Shown here piece by piece: positions 40,372 through 53,699 of a stretch of DNA of 64,000 bases. Within the stretch, counting starts at the first letter, position 1. Every line of letters starts with the position of its first letter. Source of the stretch: Owenia fusiformis. Lineage: Eukaryota. The notes below the pieces were generated by a model. The model made no database searches and was not told the DNA's origin. It saw only the letters and a program-made list of their open reading frames with translations. The stretch is taken from assembly GCA_903813345.2 (NCBI GenBank), contig CAIIXF020000001.1, forward strand, positions 36,146,001-36,210,000, written 5' to 3'. Both the position numbers and the translations under genes were made by a program.

Positions 40372-42172
40372 TCTCTACTGAAGATTCAAATGTCACCCTG
40401 CTGAAAATCTGTTTGCACTCTGTCAAACTTGTAAATTGGAGATTTAACACCATTATTTTCAACATGGTGCATGATAATCTTCAAATGTGTGCTAACCTGT
40501 TTCTGGGGAGTTCACCATATTGGATTACCAAACTGGTAAATGAGTATGGGAGTTCACTGATTGATTTCTATGTTTTATTTCTTAATTGGCCAAGGTTTCT
40601 TTCTAGCAAGCTCTATATTTTATACACATATATTTTATCCTGACATTTGTGTTCATCATACCATCATATCGAAATTCCTTTGTGAGGTTTCTCAACATTT
40701 CAACAACTAGAACCATAATTATATCATTCTGTCTGTTCTTGTGACTTGATTCTCACAATCGCTCCGTATCTGTCATTTCTAGTTATAGACTATTAATGGA
40801 AATAGAGCTATAATTTCCTTTCACTTAATTGTTTCGGAACATTCTGATGCGTAATACCTTGTTAAGTGTATTGGACAGCTTAAAACTTGCTGAAATGTAA
40901 TACATGAATCATTACTGGGAGATGATTAATGCTATGCTGAAATGCAGGTGTTCCATGTTATCAGTTATGATTTGTTATTGTCTTTGAGATTATTTATATT
41001 CAAGTGAACCTATTTGTGGCAACCATTTGATCTTTTGCCAATTTATAAATATTTTTGCTGTTTTTAGTCTTTTGATTGTTAAATATAAAGAAATGTGTCA
41101 GCCTAAAAAAATCTGTTAAAACTTTTCACATGTGGAAATAATCGCAAAATTGAAAGAATATTGCAGTCCTTTACTCTAGTGTCATTAAAACTGTTATTTT
41201 CAACTTTTATTATTTCTCTAAGCCTAATTGGGAGTTTCTCATTATTACACTCTCATCTAGTCTTTCAGTGCATGTTTATGATATAAATGGGTCAAAAACT
41301 TGGATTCATCTGTAAAGTGATGAAGGTAATCCAATCTATAACAAAGAATAAGCTGACAACATTATTGCTAACATTAATAATTTATTATTGTAGCAGTTCT
41401 CGTGTTACTTTTACAGAGCTCCACATGTTCAATGTTCATATTTGCTCCTTACTATTTCTTGGCCTGATGAACTAGAAATATATCGTGCAATAGGTTGCTG
41501 ATAATTTACATGTTGTCAGTCTTTGCATTAATCTTCATTTTGAGACATTGATGTCTCTTACATGCATCATAGTTACCATGGCAACATACAGTCACCATGG
41601 CATTGTTAATTGTATCTCTGTGTAGTGTCTAATGATATTTGTTTGATTAGCCTATTATTCAACTCAAGCATACATATTTCAAATTGCATTCCTGTCTTAA
41701 AAGATTAATTGAATCAAAGTAAACATTTTCCACTCAGTGAGGCTAAATATAATACAAAAGTATCTTCATGTTGGATTAGTCTTGTCTAATAATTTTAACC
41801 CTCTACAAGAAGTCAACCTTTACTACACTCTTTATGAGAGATAATTCTTTCTTCTAACCCTGCATTTAATCATGTAGTTGGACAACCATGATATTACACT
41901 GCCAAATAGCTAGCATTCATTTCACATTCATATAATCCATTAATATAAGGATATGAAAGTTGCATAAGAGGTTGTTTGATCTGATTTTTATGTCACCACT
42001 ACAAATAGAGACATATTGTTATAGTTTTCAACTTTTTGTGGATGTTCTTAGATTGTATTAGGATCCAACACAGTATAGAGGATAAGTGGTACAATTTCTG
42101 GAGGAGGGACTGTATTATCCTTAAAAATAAGAAAAATAAATCTTCAGGGTGTCTGAATAATAAACTTGTTAA

Positions 42173-42921
42173 GGTGCCATGGAAGTTAACAGGAAATGAC
42201 AAAACAGGAAGTGACAAAGCCATGCTGGATTTTGAAAAAATTTTGAAGCAAGATATCAGAGTTCTGTTTGGACCTCTAGTCAGTTTTACTAGTTCCACAT
42301 ATCATTTACATGACTGGGAACACAATGGAAATGGTCAGAATGACCATAAAAATGATGAAATAACCTTTTCAGCCCTCTGAAAATGTGACTGAAAAATAGC
42401 TAAAAGTAGGCGCTCAGGAAAGGTCACTGAACAGAATCTTTCGATTTTTTCAGAAAACGTGTCCAATATATTGCTCTAATTGATACAATTTTTGAAATTT
42501 TGAAAAATTGTCTGAAACAATAATGGCTGTAGTAAAAAGGTAAATCGATCGATTTTCAATTCAGATTTTTTTCTTTTTCTAAGAATGATATCAATTTTTT
42601 TTAAATTGTATCATTTTAAGCAATATATTGGGCAAATTTTCTGAAAAAGTCAAAAGATTCTGTTCAGTGACCTTTCCTGAGCACCTACTCTTAGCTGTTT
42701 TTCAGGCACATTTTCAGAGGGCTGAAAAGGTTATTTCATCATGTTTATGGTCATTCTGACCATTTCCGTTGTGTTCCCGGTCATGTAAATGATATGTGGA
42801 ACTAGTTAAACTGACTGGAGGTCCAAACAGAACTCTGTTATCTTGGTTCAAAAAATTTTCAAAATCCAGCATGGCTTTGTCACTTCCTGTTTTGTCATTT
42901 CCTGTTAACTTCCATAGCACC
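42173..42921. mobile_element. 749-bp foldback MITE with ~325-bp TIRs and TTAA TSD (Kolobok-like)
   Basis: TTAA|GGTGCCATGGAAGTTAACAGG ... CCTGTTAACTTCCATAGCACC|TTAA; purine-purine start plus TTAA fits Kolobok better than piggyBac; produces the mirror-image ORFs in the track. Confidence 0.88.
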
Positions 42922-43184
42922 TTAAGATGGAGATTTCAACAATATTTAGTGTATTATTTTCAAAAAGCCATGGGGAGTTGATAGAAAATTGATAGTTTGT
43001 AGCTCTTACCTAAGATTAAAACTCAGTCAGATGATATAGAGTGAATAATGCTGTCTAAAAGAGAGAATTTCTGAAAACCTGCAATTGCTTGGCAAGTTCA
43101 TTAGTAAACAAGTGATCTGATTGGTCACTGCTGACCTCCCTGACCTCCACCAGTGACAATCAGTTTCCGCTTGCCAGGCAATTA

Positions 43185-43614
43185 CCCAAATGCGAGTAGG
43201 TAGTTACCAGTTTCACCACCAGGTGGCTGATTCGGGTCAATTAACATGGCAGGTATATAAGAAAGTACCCTTAAACTTGAATATTATCAATTTAAGTGGC
43301 TCAATTTTCATATAACCCTTATGTGTCTAATACTTATACTAATGAAAATATGTCCAGTAAAGCAAAATATCATCTGTCCACTAAAAGAAAAGATATTTCA
43401 TTTTTTGTGATTTTATAGCATGGGGTCTATGGGGAATCTCCCCGAGCTAGAAGTCACATTTTCGAAGAAAAGTAATTTTTCAAAGTTGATAAACACTTTT
43501 TAAAACCACATTTCTAGATGTAATTTTACATGTAGATTTCAAATATGATATTACTTTGACTGAATTTTGAATTTTTAATGACGTAAATCAAGATTATTTC
43601 TACTCGCATCTGGG
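43185..43614. mobile_element. 430-bp MITE with 3-bp TTA TSD (CACTA/EnSpm- or Harbinger-type)
   Basis: TTA|CCCAAATGCGAGTAG ... CTACTCGCATCTGGG|TTA; second copy at 32462-32768. Confidence 0.75.
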
Positions 43615-44010
43615 TTATTGCAGATATCCATAGTTGTTGTTTTATATGCAGTATTATATGCAGTTTTTAGATAAAGATTTGAAAAAACAATGATATAAGT
43701 TTGAAAAACACTTTGAAGAAGATTTTGGAGAGATTTGGGAATACCATTTGATACCAGTAAGGAGAACTAGTGCCAAGACTAAAAAAATTTGAAAAATTTT
43801 CAATCTTACTTGTGGACCTGTCTCTTCTATATACAGCTTACTATTACTTTTCCCTTGGCCTATGATAATAAAGGTAAACATACACTAGTGGTCTATTTAC
43901 AGATTTTTGGATGGCATTACAATGTACATCATAGACAACCCTGTTCATATGACCTTATATTGCACGTTGGTATCAATTCTGCAAATAACATTGTTCTATA
44001 TGTTTTTCAG

Positions 44011-44208
44011 GCCATATACAAGATGGTAGGCACTGTCATGAAAATGCCAGAAGATGAATCAACACCAGAAAAACGCACCGATAAAATATTCCGACAGATG
44101 GATAAAAATCTAGATGGTAAATTATCACTGGGCGAGTTTATAGAGGGTGCCAAGAGTGACCCATCAATCGTCAGGCTTCTACAATGCGACCCAAATTCTG
44201 CAAGCTGA
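44011..44208 (+). CDS. Nca: Neurocalcin/hippocalcin-like sensor, terminal exon (EF4); full protein 191 aa
   Basis: TTTTTCAG acceptor; [68 protein letters not shown]. Confidence 0.97.
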   Translation, partial: AIYKMVGTVMKMPEDESTPEKRTDKIFRQMDKNLDGKLSLGEFIEGAKSDPSIVRLLQCDPNSAS

Positions 44209-44349
44209 GATCTCAGCTACTAGGAACTTTATACATAGCCCAACATTTATCTGACTTTCTATTGAGGACCATATGGTTCATCTTTTGTGTACATTTTCTT
44301 GGCTGGTCACAAGTATTGTGCATATATAATATACGTATGTATGCTGGCA

Positions 44350-45510
44350 GACTGTAACACAGAACAACGTACATTGTGTATTGTGCATATCAGAACACAG
44401 CATACATTATGTATTGTGTATATCAAAACACAGCGTACATTGTGCATTGTGAATATCATAACACAGCATACATTATATGAGCCTGGCCATAGGAAAACCG
44501 GTCTTATCACAAAAATTAGAATTGTTCTACAAAGCCAAAATTGTGCCCAAGATTAAGAGGGAAATGTGCTAAATCCAAATCCAACATTTTGGTCTATATA
44601 TGCAAGGAAAAATTGTTAAAACATAAGTCATTGCTCATTTGAAAGGTCTCTTTGTGCTTCTTCAGATAAAAAAAAATAAGAATTTTGAAAAAATCTGTGA
44701 TAAGACCCCTTTTCCTGTGACCTGGCTCATATATTGTGTATATCATAACACAGCATACATTATGTATATCAGAACACAGCATACATTATGTATTGTGTAT
44801 ATCAAAACACAGCGTACATTGTGCATTGTGAATATCATAACACAGCATACATTATGTATTGTGTATATCATAACACAGAGTACATAGTGTATATCTGAAC
44901 ACAGCATACATTGTGTATATCATACCTAACATAGCATACATTATGTATTGTGTATATCATAACACAGCGTACATTGTGTATATCAGAATACATCATACAC
45001 TGTGTATATCATACCTAACATAGCGTACATTGTGTATCATGTATATCACATTATATCACAGTGTAAATTGTGTGTTGTGTATGTCACACTGTAACACTGT
45101 AACACAGCGTACATTTTTATTGTGTATATCACACATTTACACAGTATTTACATTGTGTATTACATATATCACTCTGTAACACAGCATACATCATGTATTG
45201 TGTACGTAAAACTGTAACACAGTACGCATTATGTATTGCACACAAGGTAACACAGTACACATTATGTATTGCACACACTGTAACACAGTATGTATTATGT
45301 ATTGCACACACTGTAACACAGTATGCATTGCACACACTGTAACACAGTATGCATTATGTATTGCACACACTGTAACACAGTACACATTATGTATTGCACA
45401 TACTGTAACACAGTATGCATTGCACACACTGTAACACAGTATGCATTATGTATTGCACACACTGTAACACAGTACACATTATGTATTGCACATACTGTAA
45501 CACAGCCTAC
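44350..45510. repeat. 26-33-bp quasi-palindromic minisatellite downstream of the neurocalcin stop
   Basis: ACACAGCATACATTATGTATTGTGTATATC units grading into ACACAGTACACATTATGTATTGCACACACTGTA units. Confidence 0.9.
44479..44728. mobile_element. 250-bp MITE (Sola-like GAG...CTC termini, ATAT TSD) inserted into the minisatellite
   Basis: ATAT|GAGCCTGGCCATAGGAAAACCGGTCTTATCACA ... TGTGATAAGACCCCTTTTCCTGTGACCTGGCTC|ATAT; removing it restores a satellite unit. Confidence 0.75.
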
Positions 45511-46279
45511 ATTGCTCAGCTGGACCTGATTTAGGAACAATATAACATACAGTGTACAATTAAGTACTAGAAATTATTAACATTTGTCTTTTTTAATCAG
45601 TTTTAAATCATTCACTGATTTTACTATTTTATATTGTCCATCTCATTCACTAGCATAACATAGCTGCAGCTGGTTATATATGTGGATGATCATGAAGTTC
45701 TCATAATATCTCTCTAAAATTTTGTTTTTCAATATACCAATATCTATTCTGTGGGAATTTTCACAGAATGTACAACATGCAAGGAACTATTAATCCAGCA
45801 AAACTATTTGGTATAACATATATTTGTTTAATTTTATATTGAAAAATTAAGAAATAAGAGAGATATGAGATTTATGATCACTCCTCCTTCATGCAATTAA
45901 GCATTTGAAATTAATGATTTGATTAAACTGTAAATGCGTACAATAACAGCCATGTGCACATGTAACTAATAAGTTCATGCAAGATTTTTCTTATTCTTTA
46001 TCTTATGCCTGTGTCATCAAGATCTGGAGTATGCAGGCAATTGTCTGGTCATGGATTTTACTACGCATACTCTTCTAAATGGATTAATTGCTGATTTTAC
46101 TATAGATTATGGGCTTTTTTGAGTTTTGAAATACTAATGTATATTGTTTTATCATTATTTGATGCAGCAACAACAGCTTCCATTGTTGCTTACATGTTTT
46201 ATTGTGACATCACAGTGCACATTTTATATTGTAACAAAGAAGGCAGTTTCATTGTAACATGAAGAACAACTGTAAATTA

Positions 46280-47632
46280 ATGACCTCATGATGCAGTTGT
46301 TAATTGAGCCACTTTGGCATGGATTTTATTGTGACATCATGGTGCAGTTGTTAAATGAGCCTTTTTGGCATGGATTTCATTGTGACATCATGATGCAGTT
46401 GTTAAATAAGCTACTTTAACGTAGATTTCATTGTGACATCATGGTGCAGTTGTTAATTGAGCCTCTTTGGCATGGATTTCATCGTAACATCATGGTATAG
46501 TTGTTAATTGAGCCATTTTGGAGTAGATTTCATTGTGACATCTTGGTGCAGTTGTTAATTGAGCCATTTTGGCATTGATTTCATTGTTACATCATGGTGC
46601 AGTTGTTAATTGAGCCATTTTGGTATAGGTTTCATTGTGACATCTTGGTGCCGTTGTTATTTGAGCCTCTTTGGCTTGATTTCATTGTGACATCATGGTG
46701 CAGTTGTTATTTGAGCCATTTTGGTATAGGTTTCATTGTGACATCTTAGTGCAGTTGTTATTTGAGCCATTTTGGCATGGATTTCATTGTGACATCTTGG
46801 ATCTTGGTGCAGTTGTTAATTGAGCCATTTTTGTGTATATTTTATTGTGACATCTTGGTACAGTTGTTAATTGAGCCATTTTGGCATGGATTACATTGTG
46901 ACATCATGGTGCAGTTGTTAATTGAGCCATTTTGGTGTAGATTTCATTGTGACATCTTGGTGCAGTCATTATTTGAGCCTCTTTTGCATGGATTTCACTG
47001 TGACAGCATGGTGCAGTCATTAAATTAGCCACTTTGACATAGATTCCATTGTGACAGCATGGTATAGTTGTTAAATGAGCCACTTTGACACAGATTTCAT
47101 TGTGACATCTTGGTGCAGTTGTTATTTGAGCCACTTTACCATAAATTTCATTGACAGATGGTACAGTTGTTAAATGAGCCACTTTGACATAGATTTCATT
47201 GTGACATCTTGGTGCAGTTGTTATTTGAGCCACTTTGGCTTGATTTCATTGTGACATCATGGTGCAGTTGTTATTTGAGCCACTTTACCATGGATTTCAT
47301 TGTGACATCATGGTGCAGTTGTTAAATGAGCCACTTTGACATAGATTTCATTGTGACATATTGCTGCAGTTGTTAATTGAGCCACTTTGGCATGGATTTC
47401 ATTGTGACATCATGATGCAGTTGTTAAATGAGCTTCTTTACCATGGATTTCATTGTGACATCTTGGTGCAGTTGTTAATTGCCCCTCTTTGGTGTAGATT
47501 TCATTGTGACATCATAATATAGTTGTTCATTGAGCCATTTTGAGTTATACTTCATCTTGACCTCATGGTGCAGCTGTTTATTTAGCCACTATGATGTAGA
47601 TATAATTGTGCCAACTCAGCTGTTAATTGAGC
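46280..47632. repeat. 51-bp minisatellite, ~26 copies
   Basis: ATC(A/T)TGGTGCAGTTGTTAATTGAGCCATTTTGGCATGGATTTCATTGTGAC units. Confidence 0.95.
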
Positions 47633-48843
47633 ATGAACCACACTAGTGTAGATTTCTGTCTTAAAATCATCATTAGTTAGTTATGAAATGTTGAACCTTG
47701 TCATGATTTTACTACTGATCATGATGCCTGCTAAATTAACATTTTTCAAATGTGATCTCAAATATTCTTTAATTACATTTTTTATTGTCATAATTTTGTT
47801 CAGTGATTTCTTAACAGTCATTAACAATTATAAACAAGGAGTTCTAGATCTAGTATGTAAAGTTAATTACATGCACCTTCTTATAATGGTATAGCTCAAA
47901 CGTTCTATTTCTGTAGCATTAAATGACCACAAACTTGTATTGTACAGAATTTTTCTACTACCTATATGTAACTGATGTAAATAGTTCTTAAAAAGATATA
48001 CATTTTAGTATTTGAATCTATATTGTTATCTTTTCTGCCAGACGCTATACGCATAAGTATCTAATATACAATTTCTCGATTATGAAATGAACATATTGTA
48101 TGAATAGTGTTACTTTTTAGTGGTTGGTTAAAAGGAAAGTCACGTTTCATTTCACCATGAAGTGAAGATGCGTGCACTTTCATTATAATTAATGTAGTTT
48201 TGGAATGAATTAACATTATCATTAAAGCAAGTATAATGAAGATTTCTATGTTGCTTTGCTATTCTGCACATTTTGTATTTTAACTCAAGAATTGTGGTGT
48301 ACGTATGACCTTGAGTTTGTAAATAACAGTTCTATGTGAGATTTTAGTGATTTCACCAGGTATCTATATCAATACTAGTGGCCTCGTAGAATACATTTAG
48401 AAATCTTTTATAGATTTAGGAATCTTCCATCACTAAAAAATACAAATAAAACCCTCAACATTTTACAAGCTGGTCATGTGATGTAATGAATGTCTTTTTG
48501 CAAAAAGATTCAGAGTAAATTTATTTTTTGCTGATGTGCATCTCTAGTCTGTATAACAATGTTTACCTCCGAATGTATGTTCTATTGGAAGGTATGGTTG
48601 ATTTGTCATTGAGATATGAAACAAACTGTTCAGAATTGAATGGATGAGTAAATTGTCACAATATTTCTCCATTTATGCTAAAATTAATCAGCTGGTCCAT
48701 TGAAAAAGCAATGGACAATTTTATTTCATTTTTTTATTTGGTTATGCGACTCTTACGGCAGGGGAGAGAGTGCTTGTATTTCTCTCATATGAAATGAGAA
48801 TGACATGACCAGCGTGTACTTTATGAGGGGTACATTGATTTAA

Positions 48844-48994
48844 CCCTTACGATGCCTGGAGTGACACATTAAAAACACTAACAAATTAAACTGACCATTT
48901 GTGTGGCCATGTTAAAGATGTTTGCAAATGTGTAATCTGTTTGCTCATATCATAAGAGCAATAAAAGCCTTTAAAACACTTGGCAATGTAAGGG
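48844..48994. mobile_element. 151-bp piggyBac-like MITE
   Basis: TTAA|CCCTTACGATGCC ... GGCAATGTAAGGG|TTAA (11/13 TIR match). Confidence 0.7.
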
Positions 48995-49180
48995 TTAATT
49001 CTTTTTAATACATTGTAGTTTAACCAGACACAAAAACTAATTATAATAAAAAAAAAAGTATGTATTCACTAACACTATATATAACAATATATTGGTCACC
49101 ATATTTTTACCTTACATGATGTATAAATCATACTTGGTGTACATTTTGCATATCAAAATATTGTTGATTAAACTCTATGA

Positions 49181-49186
49181 AATAAA
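49181..49186 (+). terminator. Candidate distal polyadenylation signal of the neurocalcin gene
   Basis: AATAAA near the end of a long T-rich plus-strand tract (others at 48960 and ~49045); strand composition flips beyond ~49.8 kb. Confidence 0.4.
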
Positions 49187-52100
49187 CTGAAACTCATAGT
49201 TCTGTTTAAATTAGATTTCCATTGGACCTTTCTGACATGTCTGATGTAGATAGCTAATAGTTTATAAAAGAGAAAAGAGATCATATCACCTTTCATGTAT
49301 AAGAAGCCACATAGGTTATCATTGCAAACAACTTCACAGACAATTAATCTTGAATTAAGACTATTTGATGACCATGAAAACAGCCATATCTTTTGTCTTA
49401 TATTGCTAGTACTAGACTGCTAGTGGATTGGACCAATCAGGACACTTTTTCAATGACATTGATCTCTTTTTCACCAAAAAGCAATCTTTTGAAATGTTTA
49501 ATCAATATTATATCTTGAAAAGAGAACTGAGTTGCTCTAAGGTTAATGTTCCCCATTGAGAACTGAACATTTTTTGAAAATGGATCTAAATGATACACCT
49601 GCCTTAAGGATGAGATAATATTCATAATCTGAGATATAATCTTCTGACAGTGTTTGCAATAATCTACTCGGCACTATTTTTACTTCACCATCTGAAAGGA
49701 ATTTGGCGTTCTGTATCTAAGATCTAGATTCAACGATGTAAAGTACACCATGTCCATATAAGGAAGGGAGTAGAGGGGACAAAGACGAGTTGAGATTCAG
49801 ATTGAAACAATTTTACAATTTTCATGTTTTAACAAACTATATCAGTTTTATAATATAATAATCTTGTATTTCAATCACAATCGTGTCAATATAATACATG
49901 TTCAATATGTGGACTTTACCACACTCTGTGAGTACTATGTTCTCTGGTGGTACATTCCCAATATAATCACACATTGATAGTTCCTACATGTTAAGCTCGC
50001 CTTAATCAAATTGGATGAGGCCATAATGAAGATATGATGTAGAGTAGAATATATTCAACTGGCAACAATGGACTTGTAATCTGAGACCTCACCAATGCTG
50101 TGCTCACATTTGCTCTGATCATCAACACCAGTGCCCAATTGATGAGTATTCTGTTCAAAACTGCAATTTTGAACAAATGCTCATCAACCAGGCACCCATA
50201 CTGAAAATCGGAGCAAATGTGACCATAGCACAAGCAAAGTCTCACGTTGCCTTGTGGAGACCTGAAACTCTCTGGGCATTTCATAATTTGATGACAATAT
50301 TCCAATCAAAACTGGCTTCCAGTTCAAATTGGACAAATATGATATGCGCTTCCCTATCCAATCCTCTGCAACATCTTGTACACTTCAGTCAGTGTAGTTT
50401 TTTAACAGATATTTTATGCTCATATTGAATTTTGTAAACCCAAAAAATGAATTTCAAGTAGATTTAACCTAATTTACTTTGATGAATGAATTATGGTGTC
50501 AAATTCATGCAAGCTTCATTTCTGTTTATAGATTATCTTCATTGACCCCCATTCTGATACTCATAGCATCTTTCTGTTTCACCTGAAATATCATCTCAGG
50601 GCTGAGAAGAAATGAGATGTCATGGTTTATCATGATGATTGACCCATTATACATCCATTTCCAGTATGATTGCCACCAACCTAATCTTCTCAAAATTTGT
50701 GTAAATGGATATGAAGGTGGTACAGGGACTATTGTGTATTACTGGCGACCTCTATCAAATGAGGGTTTTTGAACCAACGAAGTATGAGTATAATACATAG
50801 CACTTGCACAAACATACCAGAAAAAACCAAGTTTAAGATCTATACATATTCATGCCCAAAGGCACCTCAGTCAGTTTGACTCCTCTTTAAAATTTAGAAC
50901 CACAGCCTTTCTTACATAAGCACAAATGTTACAAAACTAGACTATAGGCCCAAATTGAAAGAGGTCCTTTAACTTTTAATTTACGTTACAACATTTTCCC
51001 TTTGTTTGTTCATATTTACATCCCAAATTATATATACATAATACTTACATTATAAAATGAAATATTGACAAGACTAGTAACTTACATATAATACAGGAGT
51101 AACGCAATAACACAGGTACAGCAAAACATGCCATACGTGGACACTTCTTGGACTAACAAATGCGTTCAACTAATATTTTCAAATTAATGGCACATGCGCC
51201 TTATTACGAGAATTCTAAGTATATTTGAAAAAGCATACAATATTTGCATGCTAGTGTAGCCTAGTGCAGTATTTTTGAAGTTGTGACTTAATGAGAACAC
51301 TTACATAGACATGTTTCATTGTACTTTCTACCAAATTGCTTGCTTTCAATTGAATGATAGCAGGCATTAATATTACAAATGTAAAATAAGGAACACTTCA
51401 TTAACCCTCTAAAAATAATATTTTACAGAAAAAAATGTTCATCAATAGAAAGAAATATAATTCTTATTTTTAAAGTCTATTCGGAATCCTTCAAAACACA
51501 TTTTTACTTTTTACTTCATTATAACGGTATATATTCTCTGACATTATACTACTGAGTATTCAGAAAGGATATTCCAACGCTGGAACAACATTGAAAGCAT
51601 AAATACAGTAATGGCAATGAAAAACTAACAACAGCTAAAACTCTACAATCCCATCTTACAGCTACAGCAGATATATCATCTATTAAATTGTGCCGTGTGC
51701 CCATTTTTTCTTTATCCAAGGTTCAACCAAAATAAATTGCTATCAATATTCATTTCTACGTTTAGTTAAAAAACATGAAACAGTTTTATACATGCTAAAG
51801 TAGAGATGACAGATGAAACCACTTTTGTACACTTTGTCATTAGAGCTCATTAAAACAGTTTAACCTTGGGTAAGAAAATCAAATCAAATACCAATGAAGT
51901 GATAGAACATGGAATAAACCACTTCAGTCTCATCAATTCAGACAAGTAAGGGGTAATATCAAAAGAATTTAAAATTACAGTAAAATTTTAAATGTTAGGA
52001 ACTACTTTGAATTTAAAAAATAAGAAATCAAATGACTATATTGCAACAGTATAAAAAAATAGGAACATATACTTGTCCTAACTTTTGTATATTTCAGATA

Positions 52101-52317
52101 GTTTAGTATAATGTGCAGCAAAGCTGTGGCCTTTTGTAATTTAGGGAGTTTCAGCCATGTTAATTTTTCCGAAAATAACATGGCAGAGAAGCATCAAAAT
52201 ATAAGAGGCCACAGATATGATAGCTAAACTACAAAACAAACTAAAATATACAAAAGTTGGGACATGTATAAATATTTCTATTTTTACATATACTGCTTCA
52301 ATATGGTCCTTTGATTG

Positions 52318-52323
52318 TTTATT
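52318..52323 (-). terminator. Candidate polyadenylation signal of M6PR
   Basis: TTTATT on + (AATAAA on -) about 1 kb past the stop; a longer UTR toward ~49.8 kb is also possible. Confidence 0.35.
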
Positions 52324-53304
52324 TTTTAAATTCAAAGTAGTTCCAAACATTTAAAATTTTACTGTACATAACATTAATTTCATTTAGTACCTTAAACAAC
52401 TACAATTTAAATGTAGATTTTACTTAAAAATGCAAGACAGCACCTATAAGGATTTCTTGATCCCAACATTTGACTTGTACTATTTGTGCACTGATCATTT
52501 ATACAAGAATTATTGAGTCAAAATAAATTCCAAGATTTTTAATCCTACATAATAGTAATATGCTATCCACATCAAAAGGAGTTCCTTAGTATACAAGCAA
52601 ATTTTAGTAAATACAGTAATATGTACTAAGTACATACAAAACATTATCTTAGTATGCTTACATGTATGCCTGACTGAGTTCCTGAACAGTTTGGCAGAAT
52701 GCATCAGATTCAGCACAAGAAGACAAAGCATTATAATACAGCAATAAGGAGTAAAATACCCCCAAAACATGGACTATTAATAGAGCTCAAATTGAGAGCC
52801 ATATCTTGGGTCGTGCACCAGACTGAAGAATTCTTGAATTAACAAACATAAAGATAACAAAATTAATATTTTATGTAAATAGTAGATGGACATAAAAATC
52901 TAATTTGCATCTGAAATCTTATTATGGATTTAACATTTGTTCGTCAATTTAAATATATTCTAACTGCATTTTTTCAAATGACTACATTGTATACACATGT
53001 TTGTTAATAACTGACATATGTGCAGTACAACATCAATGAAATGGTCAATCTTGAAATAAGAGATGTCTTTAACATAAACAAAAGCATAAGGGATTCACAT
53101 TTGCATTTTACATGATTCTGATTCTGAACTGATATAAACATTCTGTGGGATTTAATGATTGATCACATTTGGACATTTAACTTGTATGAATGTTTCTAAA
53201 TCTAAATGACATCACAACTGATGATGAATGGAATGTCATGAATCTCTGAGGTCATGACCATGTTGCGAAGGTCAAGGTTATGACCCCTGAAGGTCATGGT
53301 TCTA

Positions 53305-53436
53305 TCACATGGGCAGCAGATGATCATCTCTATCATCTAACTCATCCTCCACTGTTCCAAGCTGATCATCCCCTATTCCTTTATATGAGCGTGCACTTTG
53401 ACGGCTTCCACTGCGACATATTAGATTACAACCATC
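53305..53436 (-). CDS. M6PR: Cation-dependent mannose-6-phosphate receptor homolog, exon 6 (cytoplasmic tail)
   Basis: [46 protein letters not shown]; diagnostic GDDQLG...RDDHLLPM C-terminus; CAG acceptor. Confidence 0.95.
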   Translation of the reverse strand, partial: DGCNLICRSGSRQSARSYKGIGDDQLGTVEDELDDRDDHLLPM

Positions 53437-53699
53437 CTGGAAGATGACAGAGAATGGCATTTCAAGAAATGTTTCAGATATATAAATTCCTATATTGTAC
53501 AGCATGTATGTAAATACAACGTTGGTATCAACTAATGGCTAAATATATTGTATAAAAATTAGATATGTTACTGTCCTATTTATCACGCCTGGTGATCGGA
53601 AGAAATGAATGGAGGATGCAGCATCACCAACATGCAAATGTCAATGTTTTTGCTATAAATCAAGCAAGAATGGTCTACATGATCTTTTATATCATATCT

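Noticed and set aside
41999..42981. Pairs of near-identical ORFs on opposite strands
   Set aside because: By-product of the long TIRs of the foldback element; no transposase motifs.
40015..47233. Repetitive ORFs (40015-40344, 44287-45540, 46762-47233)
   Set aside because: They are translations of tandem repeats whose period is a multiple of three, with no splice or homology support.
46280..47632. CRISPR-like appearance of regular repeats (also 23796-24500, 30496-31915)
   Set aside because: Units are contiguous with no unique spacers, there are no cas genes and the context is eukaryotic; these are minisatellites.
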